The position numbers and the translations under genes are program-made. This document shows, piece after piece, positions 1 to 6,719 of a stretch of 24,000 nucleotides of DNA (position 1 is the first letter of the stretch; every line of letters starts with the position of its first letter). The DNA is taken from the NCBI GenBank assembly GCA_027320105.1, contig DAHVMA010000110.1, positions 13,336 through 37,335 on the forward strand, read 5' to 3'. The DNA comes from Acidimicrobiaceae bacterium. GTDB taxonomy: Bacteria > Actinomycetota > Acidimicrobiia > Acidimicrobiales > Palsa-688. Below the pieces are notes generated by a model. That model saw only the letters and a list, made by a program, of their open reading frames with translations, was not told the origin of the DNA and made no database searches.

Positions 1-66
1 CGTGCTCGACTGCGGATGGGCGCGACGAAGCGGCCGTGGGCTTGCCTCGGCCGTTGAGGGGACCGT

Positions 67-340
67 TCAGGCGGCGACAGCGGCAGGCGGCGCCACGGTG
101 GCGGGCCGCCCCCAACGGCGCTGACGCTCGGAGCGCAGCCGCTCGCGCATGGCCGGGTCGGCATCATGGGTGTTGCACCACCGCAAATGGGCGTGCAGCC
201 GGCCGGTGAGCACAACGTGGTTCGGGTGGTCGGAGTTGTTCAACACGAACTCGCGCAGCGGCGCGAAGTGGCACTCTGAGCGGGTTGGCCCACGACGAGT
301 AGGTGGGCGTGAAGCACAGCTCGACGTTGTGCTCGGCGGC
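67..340 (-). pseudogene. IS630-family (DDE_3) transposase, C-terminal remnant with a 1-nt frameshift
   Basis: Two minus-strand frames together read AAEHNVELCFTPTYSSWANP (340..281). After 4 nt (277-280) they continue ECHFAPLREFVLNNSDHPNHVVLTGRLHAHLRWCNTHDADP... (276..70, stop 67-69). This matches my recollection of the conserved C-terminal block of actinobacterial IS630 transposases (CFTPTYaSWaNPIEcHFgPLRqF...nH...YLRWRN). No DDE core is readable upstream in any frame; that DNA is the integrase gene. Confidence 0.6.
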
Positions 341-1418
341 CGAACAGCTCCTCCAGGCGCGCTCGCACCGGCTCGTGGTCGGCGTCGAGGAGGTGGGCGT
401 AGGTGCTCTGGAGCACCGCCGGGCTGTGCCCCGCCCACGCCGCGGCACGCACCACCGGCACCCCGGCAGCCAGCCAGGCGGCGATGGCGGTGTGGCGCAG
501 TGAGTGAGGCGTCGGCCGGGGCTCGGCCAGGCGGGCGTGCTCGATGGCCGGCACCCAGACGCGGGCCCGCCAGTTGGTGACCCGCAGCGGACCGCGGTCG
601 GGACCAGACCAGAGCCAGTCGTTGGGGCCAAGCCCACGAGACGCGACGTGCCCGGCCATCCGTGCGGCCAGGCCGGTGTAGAGGGTCGGCACCACCCGCA
701 TCCCGGCTCTCGACTTCGGCGTCGTGAGCGAGCGGTGCCCGTGGACCTCGACGGCCGTGCGCCGAACGGCCACCTCGCCCGCATCGAGTCGTAGGTCGCG
801 CGCCTGGAGCCCGGCCAGCTCCCCGATGCGCAGCCCGGTGGCGGCCGCGAAGGGCACGATGAGCGACCAGTGGGGGTCCATCGCCGCCTCCAGGGCGGCC
901 AGCTCGGCCGGCGCCAGGAAGCGACGTTCCGGGCGGTCCACGCGCGGCGCCGGCACCCGGGCGGCCGGGTTGACGACGAGCAGCTCCTCGTCCACGGCGG
1001 CGGTGAGACAGGCGACGAGGATGGCCCGCACGCGGACCGCAGTAGCGGGCGCCATGTCCGAGGCGGCCAGCTCGGACACCCAGGCAGAGATGTCGCTGCG
1101 CCGGAGGCTCGCCAGTCGGCGCTCCCCGAGAGCCGGGGCGACGTGCAGGCGCCATATGGACTCGTCGCGCGCCGCCGTGGTCGCCCGCACCACCCGGCCG
1201 GCGAACCAGCGCCGGCCCCACTCGGCCAGGGTGATACCGTCGGCGGTGGGGTCGGCGCTGCCGCCGCGGGCTCGGGCGCGCAGCATCTCAGCCCGTCCCG
1301 CCTCGGCCTCGGCACGGGTGTCGTAGTTGGCTGTGTGGCGCCTGCCGCCGGCGTCGTACCACGAGGCCTCCCAGGTGACCGCGCCGGAGCGCCACTGGCG
1401 GCGACGGACGCCAGTCAC
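240..1418 (-). CDS. int: Tyrosine recombinase / phage-type integrase; its 3' tail reads into the IS630 remnant
   Basis: Frame of ORF 240..1640. Catalytic motifs are present: ATGLRIGELAGL (Arg), HSLRHTAIAAWL (H-x-x-R), GHSPAVLQSTYAHL (His...Tyr). The N-terminus has the typical W..SW.D..G.R....Y.T..EAE arm-binding region. I place the start at GTG 1418..1416, which overlaps the xis stop as GTGA. The last ~32 codons (338..243) overlie the IS630 fragment in a third frame and are probably not native. Confidence 0.85.
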   Translation of the reverse strand: MTGVRRRQWRSGAVTWEASWYDAGGRRHTANYDTRAEAEAGRAEMLRARARGGSADPTADGITLAEWGRRWFAGRVVRATTAARDESIWRLHVAPALGERRLASLRRSDISAWVSELAASDMAPATAVRVRAILVACLTAAVDEELLVVNPAARVPAPRVDRPERRFLAPAELAALEAAMDPHWSLIVPFAAATGLRIGELAGLQARDLRLDAGEVAVRRTAVEVHGHRSLTTPKSRAGMRVVPTLYTGLAARMAGHVASRGLGPNDWLWSGPDRGPLRVTNWRARVWVPAIEHARLAEPRPTPHSLRHTAIAAWLAAGVPVVRAAAWAGHSPAVLQSTYAHLLDADHEPVRARLEELFGRRAQRRAVLHAHLLVVGQPAQSATSRRCASSC

Positions 1419-1693
1419 TGCATGTCCCGGGCGCGACGCCGGCCCTGACGGACCCTGGGTGCTGCCGGGGCGGGCCCGGTGGCCTGGACGACCTCGGACT
1501 CCAGCCAGGCGGCCACGTCGACGGGGCGGAACCGGACGGTCTTGCCGACCCGGATGTAGCGGATGCGGTGGTAGCGCGTCAGCCCGTAGATGGTGTTCCG
1601 TCCGACGCCGAGGTAGTCGGCGAGCTGGTCGACGGTCCACAGCTCAGGGGGTTGGGGGGTGGTGGATGCGGTTGGGTCGCTCATGGCCGTCAC
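1415..1693 (-). CDS. xis: Excisionase / HTH_17-type DNA-binding protein
   Basis: 92-aa ORF. LWTVDQLADYLGVGRNTIYGLTRYHRIRYIRVGKTVRFRPVDVAAWL is the classic excisionase-family helix-turn-helix pattern. It sits immediately upstream of int and is translationally coupled to it. The start is uncertain (GTG 1693 or ATG 1684). Confidence 0.75.
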   Translation of the reverse strand: MTAMSDPTASTTPQPPELWTVDQLADYLGVGRNTIYGLTRYHRIRYIRVGKTVRFRPVDVAAWLESEVVQATGPAPAAPRVRQGRRRARDMQ

Positions 1694-1739
1694 GAGGGCG
1701 GCGCGGCGCGACAGAGCGCGGATGACGGCCTACGGCCCG

Positions 1740-1783
1740 ACCCTACCGCGGCGCAGTCGCGGCGTGAGACTGCACCCTACCGC
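1740..1783. repeat. 10-bp direct repeat ACCCTACCGC x2 in the xis-tRNA spacer (candidate integrase arm-type sites)
   Basis: Exact copies at 1740..1749 and 1774..1783, 34 bp apart, in the 132-bp spacer between the xis start and the tRNA 3' end. The functional reading is inference only. Confidence 0.3.
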
Positions 1784-1825
1784 CCCCGACTCTCTCCACA
1801 CCCCTCCTGACCAGGACCTTTGCGG

Positions 1826-1899
1826 TGGGGCTAGCTGGAATCGAACCAGCGACCTCAGCATTATCAGTGCTGCGCTCTAACCGACTGAGCTATAGCCCC
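1826..1899 (-). tRNA. tRNA-Ile (anticodon GAU)
   Basis: Hand-folded 74-nt cloverleaf on the minus strand: acceptor GGGGCTA/TAGCCCC, D arm GCTC/GAGC, anticodon stem CAGCA/TGCTG with loop CTGATAA, T arm GCTGG/CCAGC with loop TTCGATT, discriminator A. CCA is not encoded (CCG follows). Confidence 0.95.
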
Positions 1900-2087
1900 G
1901 GGTGTACCGGGCGTCTGATGGTACTAGCGGCAGGGGGAGGCGGCCAGCCCGGGGACCGGGCCGGCGACGAGGCGGTCCGTGATGGAGGCGCGCCCGCCAC
2001 TTGCGGGGCCGGCCGAGGAGCGGACGGCCCGAAGGGCACGAGCGGGCGAGGTTGCCCAGGGGCAGCTCTTTCTTCGGATGGTCCGTC

Positions 2088-4334
2088 CTAGGCGTCGAGG
2101 ATGCGCACGGCCAGCACGGCGGTGTCGTCCGAGCGGTCCCGGTCGTCGGCGGCCACGAGGCGGTCGAGCACGGCGTCGAGGTCGCAGCCGTCGCCTGCTG
2201 CCAGCGTGGCCGCGAGGCGCCCGAGTCCGACGTCGAGTGGCTCACCGCGCCGCTCGATGAGGCCGTCGGTGTAGCCGATCAGGCAGTCGCCCGGAGCCAG
2301 GGCGGTCGCAGCCGACTCTCGCTCGGAGGAGGTCACCCCGAGGAGGATGCCGCGGGCGTCGTCGAGGATCTCCACCTCCCCGCCGGCCCGGCGAACGATC
2401 ATCGGCGGGTGACCGGCGGTGGCGTAGCGCAGGTGCCAACTGTCCGATGCCGCCGCCGGCGGCTCGAGGCGGCCGAAGAGGAGGGTCGCGAGCGGCACGA
2501 CGTGCAGCCCTTGGACCAGCCGGTCGACACGTTCGAGCACGACCGTCGGGTCACCGTTGCCGTCGTCGATGGCGTTCCACGCGCACGCCCGGAGCAGCCC
2601 TCGAAGGTGGCCCATCGCCGCCGCCGCCGACAGGTCGTGGCCGACCACGTCGCCGACGGCGAGGCCGACCGAACCGTCGGGGAGTGGAAGCACCTCGTAC
2701 CAGTCGCCGCCCACATCGGCGTCGGCGTCGCCGGTCAGGTAACGGGCAGCCAGCTCGAGGCCCGGCACCGAGGGCAGGTCCGGCAGGAGGCTGCGCTGCA
2801 GGGTCTCGGCGGCACGGTGCTCCCGCTCGTAGAGCCGGGCGTTGTCGAGGGTGAGGCCGGCCCGCCGGCCGAGCTCGGCGGCGATGTCCAGGTCCTCCGC
2901 CGTGAACCGGCGCCCCGACGGCCCGGCGACGAACGTCATCACACCGAGCACCCGGCGGCGGCGAGCGACGAGGGGGACGTACATGAGCGACCCCGTGCCG
3001 AGCTCGTAGGCCATCCGGCGGGCCTCCGGATCGCTCAGCGAGCGACGGATGAAGGTGTCGTCGTACTCGGGGACCAGGCCCGCCTCGCCATTGTCGAGGA
3101 CGCGGTACACCTCCGCCTGCCGCGTCAGCGATCGGTCCGCGACCTCGAGGTAGCGCTGGAGGAGGTCCTCGCGGCCGTCGCGGTGACGGGCCACGCTGCG
3201 CAGGATGTTCCCCTGATCGTCACCGAGGCGGATGATCACCCAGTCGGCCATGGCCGGCACGGTCAGGTCGGCGAGGCGACGGATCGTCTCCTCGACGTCG
3301 AGGGTGGCGCCGAGGCGGACGCTGGCTTCGGCGAGGAGGGCGAGGCGGGAGCGGGCGCGCTCGGCGTCGTGGCGGGCGGCGCGCTCGGCGTCGTAGGCCT
3401 GCTCGCGCTCGGCTTCTGCCCGGACCCGTTCGGTCACGTCCGTCTGCACCCCGACGAAGCTCACCAGGCGATCCTCGCCGTCGAAGACGGGGGAGATGGC
3501 GACCTGGTTCCAGAAGGCCGTTCCGTCCTTGCGGTAGTTGAGCAACGTCTGGGTGACCGGCCGTCCCTCGGCGATGGCGGAGCGCAGCTCGTCGACCGTC
3601 GTCGCATCCGTCGCCGGACCCTGGAGGAACCGGCAGTTCCGACCCCGGACCTCCTCCAGGTGGTAGCCGGTCACCCGGGTGAAGGCCGGGTTGACCCACA
3701 CGAGCGGGTTGTCCTCCTGGCGGGGATCGGTGATCGTGAACGCCAGGTCGGTTGCGATGATCGCCCGGTCACGCAGCAGCTGCACGGCCGTCTCCGGGTC
3801 CTCCAACACCCCCCGGGGGGCGGCCACCTCGAGGAGGACGACGAGCGCGAGCTGCGGCTCGGCGTTGGAGGGGGACAGCGGGAATCCCGTTACCCAAAGC
3901 GTCCTCCCCGGTCCGTCGGGGACCGGGGAGGGAGCCATCACCGCCTCGCCCGAGACCGGGTTGCCCGTCGCCAGCCGGAACAGCGGGTTGCCGCTGTCCT
4001 CCAACGGCCGCCCCGACAGGTCCATCAGGCCGGCGGCCTCTCCCCACAGGTCGACCGGCATCGGCAGCCGTTGCTCGCCGGACCTGCCGGCGGTCACAGC
4101 AACCGCCGAGCGGTTGGCGTAGATCACCGCCCGCCGGTCCAGGTCGATCAGCAGGATCGCTACCGGGATGTCAGACAGGACGGTTGGGAGCACCACGCCG
4201 GCGGTGCCGCCCGCCGATCCGGCGACCAACTGTGCGGCCGACTCGACGATCGCTGCTGCGCTGGCACCGGGGTTGGGGTTGGAGGCCTCCGCGAGCGGCT
4301 CGGAAGTATTGTCGGGGCGCGGCGCGACGGGCAT
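2088..4334 (-). CDS. PAS-LOV-GAF-PP2C (SpoIIE-type) serine phosphatase; putative blue-light sensor
   Basis: 748 aa. There is an N-terminal PAS-like region (aa ~50-170). The LOV core spans aa ~193-300 with the signature GRNCRFLQG. A GAF-like region (aa ~335-500) follows a coiled linker. The C-terminal SpoIIE/PP2C domain carries DVGGDWYEV, GDVVGHDLSAAAAMG, YATAGHPP and IGYTDGLIE. GGAGG lies directly 5' of the ATG, which is unusually close spacing. Confidence 0.9.
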   Translation of the reverse strand: MPVAPRPDNTSEPLAEASNPNPGASAAAIVESAAQLVAGSAGGTAGVVLPTVLSDIPVAILLIDLDRRAVIYANRSAVAVTAGRSGEQRLPMPVDLWGEAAGLMDLSGRPLEDSGNPLFRLATGNPVSGEAVMAPSPVPDGPGRTLWVTGFPLSPSNAEPQLALVVLLEVAAPRGVLEDPETAVQLLRDRAIIATDLAFTITDPRQEDNPLVWVNPAFTRVTGYHLEEVRGRNCRFLQGPATDATTVDELRSAIAEGRPVTQTLLNYRKDGTAFWNQVAISPVFDGEDRLVSFVGVQTDVTERVRAEAEREQAYDAERAARHDAERARSRLALLAEASVRLGATLDVEETIRRLADLTVPAMADWVIIRLGDDQGNILRSVARHRDGREDLLQRYLEVADRSLTRQAEVYRVLDNGEAGLVPEYDDTFIRRSLSDPEARRMAYELGTGSLMYVPLVARRRRVLGVMTFVAGPSGRRFTAEDLDIAAELGRRAGLTLDNARLYEREHRAAETLQRSLLPDLPSVPGLELAARYLTGDADADVGGDWYEVLPLPDGSVGLAVGDVVGHDLSAAAAMGHLRGLLRACAWNAIDDGNGDPTVVLERVDRLVQGLHVVPLATLLFGRLEPPAAASDSWHLRYATAGHPPMIVRRAGGEVEILDDARGILLGVTSSERESAATALAPGDCLIGYTDGLIERRGEPLDVGLGRLAATLAAGDGCDLDAVLDRLVAADDRDRSDDTAVLAVRILDA
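3435..3758 (-). other. LOV (flavin-binding PAS) domain inside the 2088..4334 CDS
   Basis: ITDPRQEDNPLVWVNPAFTRVTGYHLEEVRGRNCRFLQGPATD...LLNYRKDGTAFWNQVAISPV...FVGVQTDVTERV is colinear with my recollection of B. subtilis YtvA LOV (ITDP..EDNPIVYVN.GF...TGY...E..GKNCRFLQG...NYKKDGT.FWN....P....FVGIQ.DIT). The adduct-forming Cys234 codon is TGC at 3635..3633. Confidence 0.85.
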
Positions 4335-4383
4335 CCTCCGACGAAGTTACCGGGACCGGAGGGCAATGCTCAGCGCGGCGCGC

Positions 4384-4437
4384 GGGGCTGGCGGGGCTGG
4401 CGGGGGCGCGTGGCGGCGGGGCGGGGCGAGGGCGGGT
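4384..4437 (+). repeat. G-rich tract with 9-bp tandem GGGGCTGGC x2; G-quadruplex-prone
   Basis: GGGGCTGGC at 4384..4392 and 4393..4401, followed by GGGGG...GGGG.GGGG...GGG.GGG up to 4437. It lies in the divergent region between the LOV gene (start 4334) and the plus-strand ORF at 4624. Confidence 0.5.
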
Positions 4438-4623
4438 GGCGGCGGCGCGCGACGAAGGGACCGGAAGGGGCTCCGGTCCCTTCGCGATGGGCTGCGCCGG
4501 GGGAGGGAGAGCGCTGCCAAGGAGTACATCGGCGTGTCGCTGTCAGACCTGAGGGGAAACTGACAGGGTCAGCCGGCGTCTCCTTCGGGACCGCGAGGGC
4601 CTTGCCGATCTACCATCGGTCCT

Positions 4624-4827
4624 GTGCAGACCCTGCGCCGTGTGCTCGTCGCCCTCGGGGCTGCCGGTCTGGCGGCGCTCTTCCTGCGGCTGCGGGGCAG
4701 CGGAGGCACGCCGCCGCGCCATGGCGGGTGGCGGCAGATCCCGCTGACGGAGCTGGAGGACGGAGACGGGGAGGAGCCGGCGGAGCCGGGGGTCGGGTCG
4801 GGGGCGGAGCCGGTCGGGCCGGAGTGA
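4624..4827 (+). CDS. Small hypothetical protein with one N-terminal hydrophobic helix
   Basis: 67 codons starting at GTG, with very high third-position GC. VLVALGAAGLAALFL is a TM/signal-like segment, followed by an acidic tail. Its stop overlaps GTG 4824 of the next gene (GTGA). No clear SD. Confidence 0.4.
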   Translation: MQTLRRVLVALGAAGLAALFLRLRGSGGTPPRHGGWRQIPLTELEDGDGEEPAEPGVGSGAEPVGPE

Positions 4828-5858
4828 TCGGACCGGCCCGAGGGCCCGACGATGGCCACGGGTTGCGGATCGTCTTGATCGGTCTCGGGGCGGTAGGCGT
4901 TGGGGTGGCACGCCACCTTCTCGGCCAACCGGGCACGCAGGTGGAATCGATCCTCGTCCTGGCTCGGGACGCTCGTGCCATCACCCGAACGGAGGGCATG
5001 AGCGCCGCGGTCTCCCTCCGGCCCATCCGGGGAGCGCGCATCCCCGAGGGCACTGACGTCGTGGTCATCGCCCGGCCCGACGATGCCACCGCGCTGGCAT
5101 CCGACGCCCTCCGAGCCGGGGCTCACGTGGTCGCCGCCCTGGACGACCCCCACCACGTGCGCCACCTCCTCGCCCTCGATCGCACCGCACGCGCCAGCGC
5201 CCTCAGCGTCGCCGTCGGCGCGACAATGGCGCCCGGGCTGTCATGCGTGCTCGCCCGGTACGGCGCCTGCTTCCTCGACGAGGTCCACCAGATCCATGTG
5301 GCGAGCTACGGGACCGGGGGCCCGGCCTGCGCCCGCCGCCATCACGCCGCCCTGTCGTCGATCGCGACGGACTGGTACGACGGGGCGTGGCGCCGGCGCC
5401 GGGGTGGCACCGGAAGGGAGCTCATGTGGTTCCCCCAACCGGTGGGAGCCGCCGACTGCTACCGCGGCCGTCTGGTCGATCCGGTGTTGCTGGCGCCGGC
5501 GTTCCCGGGCGTGAGGCGCGTCAGCGCCCGGATGGCGGCTACCCGCCGGGACCGCCTGAGCGCCCCGCTGCCCATGCTCCGGCGGCCGCACCCGGAAGGT
5601 CTCGTCGGCGCGGCCCGGGTGGAGTTGCGCGGCACCCGTGACGGGGCGCACGAAACCCTGATATTCGGGAGTGTCGGCCGGCCGGCCCTCGTTGCCGGCA
5701 CGGTGGCGGGAGTCGCAGCGGTCTGGGCCGCCAACGGGCGGCTCGCGAGGGCCGGCGCCGCCGGGCTGGCGGAGATGGTCGATGAGCCGGGCGCGTTCCT
5801 GCGGGAGGTCGCGCAGCGTGGGATCACGCTGTCGGCGTTCGAGGGCGCGATTGGCTGA
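4824..5858 (+). CDS. Saccharopine-dehydrogenase-like NAD(P)-binding oxidoreductase
   Basis: This is the C-terminal part of the artefactual 2001..5858 ORF. It has a Rossmann start RIVLIGLGAVGVGVARHL and a downstream GATMAPGLSCVLARY block typical of the Sacchrp_dh family. The start could be GTG 4824 (coupled) or TTG 4863. The family call is from motif memory only. Confidence 0.65.
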   Translation: MIGPARGPDDGHGLRIVLIGLGAVGVGVARHLLGQPGTQVESILVLARDARAITRTEGMSAAVSLRPIRGARIPEGTDVVVIARPDDATALASDALRAGAHVVAALDDPHHVRHLLALDRTARASALSVAVGATMAPGLSCVLARYGACFLDEVHQIHVASYGTGGPACARRHHAALSSIATDWYDGAWRRRRGGTGRELMWFPQPVGAADCYRGRLVDPVLLAPAFPGVRRVSARMAATRRDRLSAPLPMLRRPHPEGLVGAARVELRGTRDGAHETLIFGSVGRPALVAGTVAGVAAVWAANGRLARAGAAGLAEMVDEPGAFLREVAQRGITLSAFEGAIG

Positions 5859-5915
5859 CACCGGTGGGGTATGGGGTGGCCTGAGCGGCCCGCGTCGTCC
5901 TGGCGGTTGCCGGGG

Positions 5916-6200
5916 TTACGGCTTTCGAAGGCGGTTGCCCAGCCTCTGCGTCCACTGATAGGGGTCGTGCCAGCCGATCGCCACGAGCGACTGGTTGAGC
6001 AGTCGCAGGGCGCCGCCGGCCTGAACATCGCTCACGTTGCCGAGCATGCGCCGGGCGACCCGGTTGCGCGCCTCCTCCAGCGCCGCCCGGTCGCCGGCAG
6101 CTGCTTCGACCAGCGCGGCAACGGCCTGCTTGGGATCCTTCGCGACCGTCGCCAGTTGGAGCGCCCGAGCCTCGAGGGCGTCAATGGTTGAGGGAGCCAA
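5916..6200 (-). CDS. Hypothetical small protein (94 aa)
   Basis: Balanced amino-acid composition, unlike the overlapping shadow ORFs. TTG start with GAAAGG about 9 nt upstream. No family recognised. Confidence 0.5.
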   Translation of the reverse strand: MAPSTIDALEARALQLATVAKDPKQAVAALVEAAAGDRAALEEARNRVARRMLGNVSDVQAGGALRLLNQSLVAIGWHDPYQWTQRLGNRLRKP

Positions 6201-6380
6201 GGGGAACCTTTCGTGTGAGGTGCAGGCACCTCAGTGTGGTCGCTTCGGGGGCACCGGGCCAGTTGAGGACCGGTGCGGGCTGGGGTGGGCGAGCCCGAGG
6301 TGGCGACGCGGCCCCGCAGCGCCGCTCGCGCTACGCCCCGCGCCATGGTCCCGGTACCGGGCGCTCCAGCCTCGCCCTGG

Positions 6381-6430
6381 CCGCTTTGGCCCGCTCCGAC
6401 CCGCTTTGGCCCGCTCCGACCCCCTTTGGT
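6381..6430. repeat. 20-bp tandem repeat, 2.5 copies (CCGCTTTGGCCCGCTCCGAC)
   Basis: Identical units at 6381..6400 and 6401..6420, plus a partial third copy (CCCCTTTGGT, 6421..6430). Non-coding. Confidence 0.9.
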
Positions 6431-6650
6431 CGGTCGAGGCACCTCCTCAGGGTCAGGGTCAGAAAGGCAAACCGCGCGCACGGCATCTAACCGCGCGCAT
6501 AGGGAGCCGCATACCGTCGCCTGTGCGCACAGTTTGTGGCTCTGCGCGCGGTTTGGCGTGCAGCCGAGGGCATGATCAGGACAAAAGCCTCGGAGTGGTA
6601 CCTCAGATGTGCACGGCTGCTCCGCTACCGGCGGGTAACAACCGATATCG

Positions 6651-6713
6651 CCCCGGCCGCCCCGGCCGCCCCGGCCGCCCCGGCCGCCCCGGCCGCCCCC
6701 GCCGCCCCCGCCG
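6651..6713. repeat. 9-bp tandem repeat, 7 copies (CCCCGGCCG x5, CCCCCGCCG x2); G4-prone on the minus strand
   Basis: Read directly: perfect units begin at 6651, 6660, 6669, 6678 and 6687; variant units at 6696 and 6705. The array ends 7 nt before the stop codon (6720-6722) of the acyl-CoA synthetase gene, so it is in that gene's 3' UTR. Confidence 0.9.
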
Positions 6714-6719
6714 GCGCCG

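Noticed and set aside
1-66. IS630 terminal inverted repeat or the island's second att site at the extreme left edge
   Set aside because: No recognisable inverted repeat, no TA-flanked terminus and no copy of the tRNA 3' segment could be identified in 66 nt.
1900-1960. tRNA-Ile promoter (TACCAT-like -10 on the minus strand, about 17 nt upstream of the mature 5' end)
   Set aside because: It is a single weak hexamer match with no -35, so it is not distinguishable from chance.
4457-4480. Rho-independent terminator (GGGACCGGA-aggggc-TCCGGTCCC)
   Set aside because: It lies between two divergently transcribed genes, so there is no upstream gene to terminate, and there is no U-tract on either strand. 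It is noted only as part of the promoter-region finding.
2001-4823. N-terminal ~940 codons of the 1285-aa plus-strand ORF 2001..5858
   Set aside because: It is antisense to the well-supported LOV-PP2C gene. It is Arg/Gly/Pro/Val-rich with no motifs, as expected for a shadow ORF in ~70% GC DNA. Only the last ~345 codons (the oxidoreductase) look real.
6381-6713. Possible CRISPR array
   Set aside because: The repeats are directly tandem (20-bp and 9-bp units) with no unique spacers, they are far shorter than CRISPR repeats, and there are no cas genes in the window.
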